Assembly (NCBI GenBank): GCA_964371765.1
Contig: CAYJOF010000002.1
Coordinates: 1-54,023, forward strand
Reading direction: 5' to 3'
Source of the DNA: an uncultured Rikenellaceae bacterium
Lineage (GTDB): Bacteria > Bacteroidota > Bacteroidia > Bacteroidales > Rikenellaceae
Length of the DNA: 54,023 nucleotides
Shown here: in pieces, positions 44,665 through 54,000 of the stretch
Layout: each line of letters starts with the position of its first letter
Position numbering within the stretch: the first letter of the stretch is position 1
The notes under the pieces: generated by a model
Seen by the model: the letters and a program-made list of their open reading frames with translations, nothing else
Told to the model about the DNA's origin: nothing
The model's database searches: none
Position numbers and translations under genes: made by a program

Positions 44665-47121
44665 TTATTTACGAATTTCTGCCCCCAATTCCTTCTCAAA
44701 TTGGCGGATCAAATTATTGATACATTTATCAATAACGTTATCAGTTAGGGTTTTTGTTGTGTCCTCAAGCACAAAATTTAGTGCATAGGACTTTTTCCCC
44801 TCTGGCAGTTTCTCTCCTTGGTACACGTCAAACAAGCTTACGCTCTTTAGAATGTTCTTCTCGGTCTTTACCGCAACGGCGTATAGCTGGTTAAATGTAA
44901 TCGAAGAATCTACCAAAAGAGCCAAATCACGCTTAACCTCAGGATATTTAGAGAGTTCAGAGACCTCGTTCTTAACTGTTGAGACAAGCCACAAGAAGTT
45001 TTCAAGATCTATCTCTGCATAGTATTGAGTATTTTTAAGCCCCATTCTCTTAGAGATTTTCTTGCTCACTGTACCATACTTCAGCACCGATCTATTTTTT
45101 AGAGATATTTCCATACCCTCTTCAAAAATATCGTTCTGTGTAGGGACGTATTTTGCTTGATTAAGCGTAAGTCCAAAAGAGCTAAACAGCAACTCACACC
45201 AAGCTCTTAGAGTATAGATTGAGCTAGCACTCTGTTGAGAGTTCCACGAAGATATAGTATCATCTCCCGAGACAGTAAGAGCAAAAGTGTATCTCTCGCT
45301 ATACTTTTTCAGAGGATTTTCGCACTGTTTCTCTCCATCGAAGAAGTAGCAGTTGCCCTGCTCGTAGAATTTAATGTTTGAATTTTTTCTGTTTACGTTG
45401 TATACTACCGACTCCAAAGCTCCAAATAGCAGAGTCTGGCGCATAACGTTTAGCTCCTGACTAAGCGGATTTGCAATCTTTACGCAAGTCTCCAAAGAGT
45501 GGTGTTTTAATGACTCGTAGTGGTTTGAGCTAGTCAGCGAGTTGCACATAATCTCATTGAAGCCGTTTGAAGTCAAAATATTTGACATTCTATTAACCAC
45601 ACTGTCAATATCTGGTTTTTTTATAAATCCTATCGTCGAACGCAGGCTTTGTGGTAGTTCAACATTGTTGTATCCGTAGATTCTCAATATCTCCTCCACT
45701 ACATCCACATCACGCTGCACATCCACTCTATACTGAGGCACTCTAAGAGTCAAAACATCTTCTTGCGCCTGCACAAGTTCAATACCTAAAGCAGTAACTA
45801 TGTTTTCGATAATCTCTCTACCTAGTTTTTTACCAATCAGTCGTTCTGCTCTATCGATTGATAGCTCCACCTCAAAAGGCTCAAACACCTCTTGACCCAC
45901 CGACACTATCTCAGAGGAGATCACCCCACCTGCTATATCTCTCACCATAATTGCGGCTAGTTGCAGGGCATAAGGTAGAATATTTGGGTCGGTGCCACGC
46001 TCATATCTAAATGAGGCGTCAGAGGAGATTGTATGACGTTTGGCACTCTTGCGCACTGTCACGGGATTAAAGTATGCACTCTCGATAAATACATTTGTAG
46101 TATCTTCGTTGATTCCGCTCTTGAGCCCTCCCATAACACCAGCAATACACATTGGCTCTGTGCTATTACATATCATTAGATCCTCACTGCTCAACTCTCT
46201 TTCGATTTCGTCTAGCGTAGTGAATTTTTCACCCTGTGAAGCAGTTCTTACCACTACCTTGCCTCCAACAATCTTGTCGGCATCAAAAGCGTGTAGGGGC
46301 TGTCCAAAGGCGTGCAAAATAAAGTTTGTTATATCGACCACATTGTTTCGCGGTGTAAGTCCAATAGTGCGAAGTGATTTTTGCAACCACTCAGGCGACG
46401 GAGCTACTGTAACTCCTGATAGAGTCACACCCATATATCGAGGGCAACGAGCAGCGTCCTCAACTATCACCTCAACGGGAAGAGATCTGTTTTCGACTGC
46501 AAAAGAGTCGACAGAGGGACGAGATAACTCTCCTGCTAATTTATTGACCTTTAGGTAAGCATAAAAATCACGGGCAACGCCGTAGTGTGAGGCTGCATCG
46601 CTATGGTTTGGCGTAAGTCCAATCTCTAGTATGTAATCCTCTTGTAGGTTGAATATCTCTTTTGCAGGAGTTCCCACAACAGCTGAATCATCCAAAAGGA
46701 TAATTCCATCGTGGCTCGTTCCTATACCTAACTCATCCTCTGCACACAACATTCCTAAAGATTCTACGCCACGAATTTTAGATTTTTTTATTTTGAAAGG
46801 CTCCTCAGGATTTGGGTATAGGGTAGCTCCAACGGTAGCGACAACCACTTTCTTGCCCTGAGCGACATTTGGTGCTCCACACACTATGGTCTTTAGCCCC
46901 TGACCATAATCCACCTCAGTAACAGATAGACTATCCGCATTTGGGTGCTTCTGGCAACTAACCACAAGTCCAACGACCATTCCTTCCAGGCCGCCTTTAA
47001 TGCTTTCGACCTTCTCAATTCCCTCAACCTCTAGTCCGATAGAGGTAAGTATCTCGGATGCTCTGTCCACACTCAAATCGGTATTTACATACTCCTTGAG
47101 CCAATTATAGGATATTTTCAT
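44665..47121 (-). CDS. pheT: phenylalanine--tRNA ligase beta subunit
   Basis: MKISYNWLKEY..., tRNA-binding, B3/4, B5 and FDX-ACB domain order. 818 aa. Confidence 0.96.
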   Translation of the reverse strand: MKISYNWLKEYVNTDLSVDRASEILTSIGLEVEGIEKVESIKGGLEGMVVGLVVSCQKHPNADSLSVTEVDYGQGLKTIVCGAPNVAQGKKVVVATVGATLYPNPEEPFKIKKSKIRGVESLGMLCAEDELGIGTSHDGIILLDDSAVVGTPAKEIFNLQEDYILEIGLTPNHSDAASHYGVARDFYAYLKVNKLAGELSRPSVDSFAVENRSLPVEVIVEDAARCPRYMGVTLSGVTVAPSPEWLQKSLRTIGLTPRNNVVDITNFILHAFGQPLHAFDADKIVGGKVVVRTASQGEKFTTLDEIERELSSEDLMICNSTEPMCIAGVMGGLKSGINEDTTNVFIESAYFNPVTVRKSAKRHTISSDASFRYERGTDPNILPYALQLAAIMVRDIAGGVISSEIVSVGQEVFEPFEVELSIDRAERLIGKKLGREIIENIVTALGIELVQAQEDVLTLRVPQYRVDVQRDVDVVEEILRIYGYNNVELPQSLRSTIGFIKKPDIDSVVNRMSNILTSNGFNEIMCNSLTSSNHYESLKHHSLETCVKIANPLSQELNVMRQTLLFGALESVVYNVNRKNSNIKFYEQGNCYFFDGEKQCENPLKKYSERYTFALTVSGDDTISSWNSQQSASSIYTLRAWCELLFSSFGLTLNQAKYVPTQNDIFEEGMEISLKNRSVLKYGTVSKKISKRMGLKNTQYYAEIDLENFLWLVSTVKNEVSELSKYPEVKRDLALLVDSSITFNQLYAVAVKTEKNILKSVSLFDVYQGEKLPEGKKSYALNFVLEDTTKTLTDNVIDKCINNLIRQFEKELGAEIRK

Positions 47122-47302
47122 ACTTCAATTTTTTGCTTAATTAAAAGAGTTATGCTTTGAGTTTTTCTCAAAAGCGCACAAATCGGGCACAAGGTACGAA
47201 ATTTTTCGCAACTACACAACTCAAGATGTTCTGTATAGTACCACTAAGTAATTATCTAAACAAAAATTTTAGAATAGTGAACAACAAAGCATTTTTTTCT
47301 TT

Positions 47303-47310
47303 ATATTTGT
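47303..47310 (+). promoter_or_regulatory. -7 box TATATTTG
   Basis: 40 nt upstream of the ATG at 47350. Confidence 0.5.
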
Positions 47311-47349
47311 GCTGAATTAGAAATTAATAAATTTTACATACAAAAAAAC

Positions 47350-48258
47350 ATGAAACCAACACTTTTAATTTTGGCTGCAGGAATGGGCTCTAGATATGGA
47401 TCTCTAAAGCAGATGGATGGGGTAGGACCAAACTCAGAGGCGATACTTGAGTACTCGATTTTCGATGCTATCCGTGCTGGATTTGGCAAGGTAGTATTTG
47501 TAATTCGTCACTCTTTCGAAGAAGATTTCAAGAAAATTTTCAACGCTCAGAAGTTCAACAACGCTATCGAGGTTGAGTATGTGTTCCAAGATCTTAGCGA
47601 CCTACCAGAGGGTTTCTCGGTGCCAGAGGGCAGAGAAAAACCTTGGGGAACGAACCACGCAGTGATGATGGGAAAGAGCGTTATCGACACTCCATTTGCT
47701 GTTATCAATGCAGATGATTTTTATGGTGCGGATGCTTATGTCTCTCTATGCAACTACCTAAAACAGCTTGAGGGACAGAGTGGCAAGTATTGTATGGTTG
47801 GCTACAAGATAGAGAATACGCTTTCTGACTTTGGAACCGTATCGAGAGGTGTTTGTAAGGCAGATCATAACAACAAACTCACAAAGATCACAGAGTGTTT
47901 CGAGATTGGCAGGTTCGACGGCGTGATTAGCCACAAGGTAGATCAAGAGCGATTCCCAATCGAGGACGGCACTCTTGTCTCAATGAATATGTTTGGTTAC
48001 ACACCTGACTACTTCGCCGAGTCAGACAGACTCTTTGTAGACTTCCTTCAGAAGCAGGGCGGAGAGCTAAAATCAGAGTTTTTGATTCCTCTAGTTACCG
48101 ATACTCTAATCAAGGAGGGAAAGGCAACTATGGAGGTACTCTCAACTGAGGCTAAATGGTTTGGTGTTACCTTTAAGGAGGATAAACCAATTGTTGTTGA
48201 TAAGATTAAATCGCTAATAGAGGCTTCAGAGTACCCTCTTCACCTTTGGGAGAAATAA
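47350..48258 (+). CDS. sugar-phosphate nucleotidyltransferase-family protein
   Basis: LILAAGMGSRYG..K N-terminal NTP-transferase signature. VINADDFYG. Confidence 0.7.
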   Translation: MKPTLLILAAGMGSRYGSLKQMDGVGPNSEAILEYSIFDAIRAGFGKVVFVIRHSFEEDFKKIFNAQKFNNAIEVEYVFQDLSDLPEGFSVPEGREKPWGTNHAVMMGKSVIDTPFAVINADDFYGADAYVSLCNYLKQLEGQSGKYCMVGYKIENTLSDFGTVSRGVCKADHNNKLTKITECFEIGRFDGVISHKVDQERFPIEDGTLVSMNMFGYTPDYFAESDRLFVDFLQKQGGELKSEFLIPLVTDTLIKEGKATMEVLSTEAKWFGVTFKEDKPIVVDKIKSLIEASEYPLHLWEK

Positions 48259-48260
48259 TT

Positions 48261-49307
48261 ATGGTAGAACAGGAAATTTTGGGGTTCACTTCAAATAGTG
48301 AACCCGTTATACTATACACACTTACCAACTCTTCGCAGCAGAATGTTAAACTACTTAACATAGGTGCATCGGTAGTGGGTATAAAGGTAATAAATAACGC
48401 TGAGGAGCTAACAGATGTTGTGTTGGGATATACAACATTCGACGAATACCTTCGTGACCCTGCCGCACTAGGAAAAACAGTGGGCAGATACGCAAACAGA
48501 ATTGCTCAAGGCAAATTCTCAATTGGAGATAAGAGCTATCGACTAGCTGTGAACAACGGCAGAAATCACCTACACGGAGGACCTACTGGATTCCAAACTA
48601 AGGTTTGGGGATCACGAGTGGAGGGAAATAGCGTTGTCTTCTCATACCAGAGCCCCGAGGGGGAGGAGAACTACCCTGGTTCACTTGGTGTGGAGGTAAC
48701 TTATAGCTGGAGCGAGGAGTGTCAATTGTTGATCAACTTCTTTGCAAAACCCTCAGAGGATACAATCTGCAACCTAACTAACCACACCTACTTCAATCTC
48801 AACGGAGAATCCTCTGGCGAGATTCTCGACCATCAACTCACAATACAAGCAGATGAATTCCTGCCAGTTGACAACAATATGATCCCTACGGGAGAGTATC
48901 GTTCGGTGGAGGGAGGCCTTATGGATTTTCGCACTGCAAAGAGCATTGGTGAGGACATCGACAAGCAGGACGAGCAGCTGGAGATTGGCAATGGATATGA
49001 TCACTGTTGGGTTGTAAGAGATTGGAAGGCTGGTGTGATGCGCCCTGTGGCTGAACTATACTCACCAAAGAGTGGTATCGCCGTTGAGATTGCATCAACT
49101 CAACCTGGGGTACAAATCTACACAGGAAACTACCTCTTTGGAACAGGAGTTTCGAAATGTGGCGTTGAACACGACAACCGACAAGGAGTGGCTATCGAGT
49201 GTCAGAACTTCCCAGATGCTCCAAACAAACCAAATTTTCCTACTGCACTACTTCGAGCAGAGGAGATCTACGACGAACAGATAAGCTTTACATTTAAGAG
49301 AAAATAA
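48261..49307 (+). CDS. galM: aldose 1-epimerase (galactose mutarotase)
   Basis: GRYANRI, NNGRNHLHGG, and the YDHCW and QPGVQIYTGN patterns. First ATG at 48261 (the track start at 48246 is TTG). Confidence 0.9.
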   Translation: MVEQEILGFTSNSEPVILYTLTNSSQQNVKLLNIGASVVGIKVINNAEELTDVVLGYTTFDEYLRDPAALGKTVGRYANRIAQGKFSIGDKSYRLAVNNGRNHLHGGPTGFQTKVWGSRVEGNSVVFSYQSPEGEENYPGSLGVEVTYSWSEECQLLINFFAKPSEDTICNLTNHTYFNLNGESSGEILDHQLTIQADEFLPVDNNMIPTGEYRSVEGGLMDFRTAKSIGEDIDKQDEQLEIGNGYDHCWVVRDWKAGVMRPVAELYSPKSGIAVEIASTQPGVQIYTGNYLFGTGVSKCGVEHDNRQGVAIECQNFPDAPNKPNFPTALLRAEEIYDEQISFTFKRK

Positions 49308-49308
49308 G

Positions 49309-50565
49309 ATGACTCAGAAACAGGCAAACTACACCGGTCCATTTATAATAATGGTAATCCTATTCTTCTTTGTAGGATTCTTTACAAATATCAATCAGCA
49401 ATTTCAAGAGCCGCTCAAGGAGGCACTCTTGGCAAATGCTGGAGCAATTCAAAACACACTTATGACAATGATTACCCTATCGTGGTTCTTGTCCTATCCA
49501 GCCTTTGGAGGGGTGGGAAACAAATGGGTAACTCGATATGGCTACAAAGGCACCCTAGTAAGAGCTCTGCTGTTTATGGTTGGGGGTTTAGCTGTATTTG
49601 AGGCTTCTGTTTTGATGCAAATCTACGCACCTAGCTCAATAGAGATAGCCTCGTCGGAGATTCCGCTTGCGTTCTTTGTGTTTATCCTAGGCTCGTTTCT
49701 AGTGGGAGGAGCAGTAACGATAATGCAGGTTGTAATCAATCCGTTTCTTGTTAATTGCGAGGTTAAAGGCACAAGCGACGTTCAGCGTCAGAGCATTGGA
49801 GGAGCCAGCAATTCAACTGCAACAACAATAGGTCCACTATTTGTAGCTTTCGTTATCTTTGGAGGCGAAAAAGGGCAGATCGAGAATCTTGTTTTGCCGT
49901 TTATTGTGCTTGGAGTTGTAATTTTTCTGTTGGCTCTTATAGTAAACAAATTAAACCTTCCTACTATCGCCTCAGCCGTTGCAAGCAAAGACGAGAAACT
50001 GGAGCGTTCGATATGGTCTTTCCGCCATCTTGCTCTTGGTGTTGCTGCAATCTTCTTCTACGTAGGAGTTGAGGTTGCTGTTGGAACAAATATTATCTCC
50101 TTTGCACGTGAGCTTGGCGGCGATTTTGCACAGAACGCAGCACGTATGTCAGCACTCTATTGGGGAGGTATGTTAGTGGGTCGTCTTATTGGTTCAGTCA
50201 TAAGCAATGTGTCGGCACGAGTTCAACTTATCGCTACGTCAATCGGCGCATTTACACTTCTTGCAGCTGCAATGATATTAGAAAATCCTTGGATATTGGT
50301 GGGCGTGGGATTGTGTCACTCGATTATGTGGCCTGCAATCTTCTCACTTGCCGTGTATCGACTTGGAAAATACTCATCGCTTGGCTCTAGTGCCTTGATG
50401 ATTGGTGTTGTGGGTGGTGGTATTCTGCCTTTTATTCAAGGTATGATGGCCGACGCACTAGGTAGCTGGGAGCTTACTTGGATTTTGATAATTGCTAGTG
50501 AATTATTCTTGATTTACTACGCATTCTCTGGCTCTAAACCAGCACAGAAAGACATACAGGAGTAG
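49309..50565 (+). CDS. MFS sugar transporter (glucose/galactose or fucose permease family)
   Basis: 12-TM MFS, FucP/GluP-like N-terminus FIIMVILFFFVGF.T.IN. Context is between galM and galK. Confidence 0.85.
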   Translation: MTQKQANYTGPFIIMVILFFFVGFFTNINQQFQEPLKEALLANAGAIQNTLMTMITLSWFLSYPAFGGVGNKWVTRYGYKGTLVRALLFMVGGLAVFEASVLMQIYAPSSIEIASSEIPLAFFVFILGSFLVGGAVTIMQVVINPFLVNCEVKGTSDVQRQSIGGASNSTATTIGPLFVAFVIFGGEKGQIENLVLPFIVLGVVIFLLALIVNKLNLPTIASAVASKDEKLERSIWSFRHLALGVAAIFFYVGVEVAVGTNIISFARELGGDFAQNAARMSALYWGGMLVGRLIGSVISNVSARVQLIATSIGAFTLLAAAMILENPWILVGVGLCHSIMWPAIFSLAVYRLGKYSSLGSSALMIGVVGGGILPFIQGMMADALGSWELTWILIIASELFLIYYAFSGSKPAQKDIQE

Positions 50566-50584
50566 AAATTTAATATTTTTTAAG

Positions 50585-51736
50585 ATGGATAAAAGTATTG
50601 TAAAAAAGGAATTCAATAGCCGTTTTGAGGGTGAGGGCACAACATTTGCCTCTCCCGGCAGAATAAACATAATTGGTGAGCATACCGACTACAACGGAGG
50701 TTTTGTGCTACCGGGAGCAGTTGATATGGGGATGATGGCAGAGCTACGCTTCAACTCCGGGCCAGTTGTTCGCGCCTATGCTATCGACTTGGATAGCTAC
50801 TGCGAGTTTGGACTTGAGGAGTCTGACCTTCCTGAGCAGAGTTGGGCAAGATATATTTTTGGTGTGTGTCGTGAGATGATAAAGCGAGGCCACCAGATAA
50901 AGCCTTTCGATACTGTCTTCACAGGCAATGTTCCACTGGGAGCTGGAATGAGCTCTTCGGCAGCCCTAGAGAGCACTTACGCCTTTGCGCTGAATGATAT
51001 GCTAGATTTAGGGATAGAGAAGATGGAGCTAGCAAAGATTGGACAGGCAACCGAGCACAATTACGTTGGTGTTAAGTGTGGCATTATGGATCAATTTGCT
51101 TCAATCCACGGCAAGGCAGGTAATCTTATGAGACTTGACTGTAAGAGTGGTGAATTTGAGTATATTCCATTCTCGCCAGAGGAGCACGGATATAGTGTGG
51201 TGCTGGTAGATACTTGTGTAAAGCACGAACTAGTGGGCTCTCCTTACAATCGCCGCAGAGAGAGCTGTGAGCGAGCAGTGGAGGCTATCAAGGTTCTACA
51301 TCCAGAGGTTGAGTTTCTAAGAGACGCAAAACCTGAGTGGCTTGAGGAGGTTATCGGAAAGATCACAATGGAGGATTACTTTAGAGCTCGATATGCTATC
51401 GAGGAGGTTGATAGATTGCTCGTTGCGTGTGAGCATCTCCAAAAGGGAGACTACGAAACTCTAGGACAGAAGATGTATGGTACTCATAACGGAATGAGTC
51501 TACTGTATGAGGTTAGTTGCCAAGAGCTAGATTATGTTGTTGAGCAGGCAAAACTGTGCGGAGTAAGCGGAGCTAGAGTGATGGGTGGAGGTTTTGGCGG
51601 CTGTGTTATCACTGTTGTCAAAAGTTCCCTAAAGGAGAACTTTATCGCCACAATCAAGAAGAATTACAAGGAGAAATTTGATATAGATTGTAAGATTTAT
51701 CCTGTGATTATCTCGGATGGAGCTCGTAAATTATAG
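50585..51736 (+). CDS. galK: galactokinase
   Basis: GRINIIGEHTDYNGG signature and GHMP motif PLGAGMSSSAA. Confidence 0.96.
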   Translation: MDKSIVKKEFNSRFEGEGTTFASPGRINIIGEHTDYNGGFVLPGAVDMGMMAELRFNSGPVVRAYAIDLDSYCEFGLEESDLPEQSWARYIFGVCREMIKRGHQIKPFDTVFTGNVPLGAGMSSSAALESTYAFALNDMLDLGIEKMELAKIGQATEHNYVGVKCGIMDQFASIHGKAGNLMRLDCKSGEFEYIPFSPEEHGYSVVLVDTCVKHELVGSPYNRRRESCERAVEAIKVLHPEVEFLRDAKPEWLEEVIGKITMEDYFRARYAIEEVDRLLVACEHLQKGDYETLGQKMYGTHNGMSLLYEVSCQELDYVVEQAKLCGVSGARVMGGGFGGCVITVVKSSLKENFIATIKKNYKEKFDIDCKIYPVIISDGARKL

Positions 51737-51790
51737 TTGACAAATCGCTCAATCGAAAGGTTGTCGATCTCAACAATTGAATTATTATAC

Positions 51791-51798
51791 TAATTTTG
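51791..51798 (+). promoter_or_regulatory. -7 box TAATTTTG
   Basis: 25 nt upstream of the ATG at 51823. Confidence 0.45.
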
Positions 51799-51822
51799 CA
51801 GCAAAATTCAAAGAAGGCAATT

Positions 51823-53076
51823 ATGCGTGTAGCACATATCAATCTTAGCGACTCATCAGGCGGTGCGGCAATTGCCGCAATGCGCCTGCATCGTGCTATG
51901 TTGGATATTGGTATTGATTCCAATATCTTTGTGGTTCGTCAAACTATTTTTGACGACGAGCGCATAGTGGGTGTTAGCCGTTTTGAGAGAGACTATCTGG
52001 CTAACCTAAGATACCTTGTCGCTAAATTCAAGGTTCGACACAGCATAAAATCAAGAGGGCTTTTCTCTGCTAATTCTGGCAGTAGTTCAATTGTTAGAGC
52101 TTCAAGATTTAAAGATTTTGATGCCATATATCTTCATTGGATCAACCACGGTATGATGAGCATTGAGTCTCTCGACAAGATTCTTGCTCTAGGAAAACCC
52201 ACCTACTGGGTGTGTCACGATATGTGGCCCATAACAGGAGGGTGTCACCATAGCCTAGAGTGCGAGAAGTTCACATCTAGTTGCAAAAAATGCCCCTCAC
52301 TGCATAGAGGTAGTCGCCATCTAGCAGAGTCGATATTTTCGCAAAAGATGGAGGTTTATAGTCGCTACGACAAGCTAAATTTCATTGCAATATCGCCCTT
52401 TATGGAGCGTCGTATTAACTGCTCTGCACTAACATCTAAACATAGATGCCACTCCATCTCAAACGCTATTGATATGAATATTTTCAAACCAATAGATCCT
52501 ACAACAGCACGCAAGAGGTTCTCTCTTCCGAACGATAAATTGCTGCTTTTGTTTGGAGCAGATGGGGGTGTGAACAATCCATACAAGGGTTGGGAGTACG
52601 CACGACTTGCAATCATTGACTTTGCGCGCAAAAGTGACAAGGATATTGAGTTGGTGATTTTTGGTTCAGAATACGATTCCGATATTAAAGAGAGCCTACC
52701 TGTGAAGGTGCACTTTTTAGGAAAAATGACAAAACAGGAGGATATGGCACTACTCTACAATGCCGTCGATATATATTTGAATACTCCCATAGCTGAATCC
52801 CTCTCCTACACGACCCTTGAGGCGTGCTGCTGCACTACGCCAGTCGTAGCGTTTGCAACAGGAGGAATACCCTCAATCATTAAACATCGCCACAATGGCT
52901 TTTTGGTAGAACCGGGGGATATTGAGGGTCTAAGTGAGGGTTTGGAGTGGGCTAGCGCAAATTACAGCATAAGTACTACCGACAACTATCTCGAATCCTT
53001 AGCCGAAAAGTTTGATTCAAAGAGTGTTGCCCAAAAGCACCTAGAGATGCTCCAAGCAGCATTGAACAATAAATAA
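51823..53076 (+). CDS. glycosyltransferase family 4 (GT-B)
   Basis: MRVAHINLSDSSGGAAIAA N-terminus and C-terminal E-x7-E region ESLSYTTLEACCC. ATG start chosen over the track TTG at 51796. Confidence 0.82.
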   Translation: MRVAHINLSDSSGGAAIAAMRLHRAMLDIGIDSNIFVVRQTIFDDERIVGVSRFERDYLANLRYLVAKFKVRHSIKSRGLFSANSGSSSIVRASRFKDFDAIYLHWINHGMMSIESLDKILALGKPTYWVCHDMWPITGGCHHSLECEKFTSSCKKCPSLHRGSRHLAESIFSQKMEVYSRYDKLNFIAISPFMERRINCSALTSKHRCHSISNAIDMNIFKPIDPTTARKRFSLPNDKLLLLFGADGGVNNPYKGWEYARLAIIDFARKSDKDIELVIFGSEYDSDIKESLPVKVHFLGKMTKQEDMALLYNAVDIYLNTPIAESLSYTTLEACCCTTPVVAFATGGIPSIIKHRHNGFLVEPGDIEGLSEGLEWASANYSISTTDNYLESLAEKFDSKSVAQKHLEMLQAALNNK

Positions 53077-53122
53077 TTCTCCAAATTAGGCAAAAAAATT
53101 TGTGGGAGAAAGAAAAAAAGAG

Positions 53123-53130
53123 TATTTTTG
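53123..53130 (+). promoter_or_regulatory. -7 box TATTTTTG
   Basis: 32 nt upstream of rpmI. Confidence 0.5.
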
Positions 53131-53161
53131 CGGACTGTTTAACTAAAAATTTATATTTACT

Positions 53162-53353
53162 ATGCCAAAAATGAAAACAAAATCAGGAGCAAAGAAGCGT
53201 TTCGTGCTCACTGGTACTGGTAAAGTGAAAAGAAAGCACGCTTTCAAAAGTCACATTCTTACCAAAAAGACAACCAAACAAAAACGTCGTTTGACACACA
53301 CAGGTATCGCTTGTGACTCAAACGAGAAGTTTATCAAAGATATGCTTAAGTAG
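53162..53353 (+). CDS. rpmI: 50S ribosomal protein L35
   Basis: [14 protein letters not shown]... Confidence 0.95.
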   Translation: MPKMKTKSGAKKRFVLTGTGKVKRKHAFKSHILTKKTTKQKRRLTHTGIACDSNEKFIKDMLK

Positions 53354-53454
53354 TCTTAAGTAGTATCTAATTTTTTAAAAACCAAGAGTACATTAGCAAC
53401 AGAGAAGAGGTATTTAAGTATATCCGCTAAACGCTCGTTAAAAACAGAAAGAGT

Positions 53455-53799
53455 ATGCCTAGATCAGTCAATGCTGTCGCATCGAGAGCCAGAAGAAAAA
53501 AAGTTCTTAAAATGGCCAAAGGTAACTTCCTAGCACGTAAAAATGTATGGACAGTTGCAAAAAACACTGTAGAGAAAGGTTTAACCTATGCTTACAGAGA
53601 TAGAAAAAACAAAAAGAGAGAGTTCAGATCATTGTGGATTCAGCGTATCAACGCTGCAGCCCGTACTTATGGTATGACTTACTCAGAATTTATGGGTAAA
53701 GTTCACGCTAAGGGTATCGCACTTAACCGTAAGGTTCTTGCTGACCTAGCTATGAATCACCCAGAGGCATTCAAGCAAATAGTAGATTCAGTTAAATAG
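53455..53799 (+). CDS. rplT: 50S ribosomal protein L20
   Basis: [23 protein letters not shown]...YAYRDRK..KR.FR.LWI.RINAA. Confidence 0.96.
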   Translation: MPRSVNAVASRARRKKVLKMAKGNFLARKNVWTVAKNTVEKGLTYAYRDRKNKKREFRSLWIQRINAAARTYGMTYSEFMGKVHAKGIALNRKVLADLAMNHPEAFKQIVDSVK

Positions 53800-53818
53800 A
53801 GATCGAAAGATTGAAACG

Positions 53819-53857
53819 AGGCTGTCTTGATTAAGTTCAAGGCAGCCTTATTTTTTA
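53819..53857 (+). terminator. intrinsic terminator of rplT (GGCTGTC-type)
   Basis: AGGCTGTCTTGA-TTAAGT-TCAAGGCAGCCT followed by TATTTTTT. Confidence 0.8.
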
Positions 53858-53903
53858 TGTATAGGTGGTTGATAGATATTGGGATTGTACAGCTGCACAT
53901 CAT

Positions 53904-53964
53904 TTTTATCCTCAAATTACTACTCAAGTACACAAGTACTATACGTAGTGATTTGAGGATAAAA
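53904..53964. ncRNA. 61-nt extended stem-loop. Candidate structured RNA downstream of rplT (possibly the Bacteroidales-1 motif). Strand undetermined.
   Basis: 20-nt arms TTTTATCCTCAAATTACTAC / GTAGTGATTTGAGGATAAAA (1 mismatch) plus an inner AGTAC-ACAA-GTACT stem. Lies between two terminator-type hairpins. Confidence 0.35.
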
Positions 53965-53968
53965 CTAA

Positions 53969-54000
53969 GAGGCTGTCTTGAAATATTTCGAGATAGCCTC
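53969..54000. other. GGCTGTC-type palindromic hairpin, near-copy of 23200-23231
   Basis: GAGGCTGTCTTGAAATATTTCGAGATAGCCTC versus GAGGCTGTCTTGAAATATTTCAAGACAGCCTC. The T-rich tract lies only on the minus-strand side (TTAGTTTTA). Confidence 0.6.

Noticed and set aside
46040-46558. Long antisense or overlapping ORFs in the track. Examples: 172 aa in pheT; 6037-6465 in the mutase gene; 24724-25080 opposite slyD; 9613-9948; 22746-23075; 35224-35583; 40973-41302; 42211-42531; 44311-44649; 492-677; 618-848.
   Set aside because: All lie inside or across confidently identified genes on the other strand or in another frame. They have low-complexity or Ser/Leu/Ile-rich translations, lack promoter boxes, and have no recognisable family.
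53077-53161. rpmI-rplT not preceded by infC (and thrS), unlike the usual operon.
   Set aside because: rpmI has its own consensus promoter box, and the upstream glycosyltransferase looks intact. This may be a rearrangement, but one window gives no evidence of anything functional.
53345-53364. Perfect 10-nt tandem duplication CTTAAGTAGT x2 spanning the rpmI stop codon.
   Set aside because: It is too short to carry an obvious function. It only adds a second nearby stop and is most simply a slippage scar.
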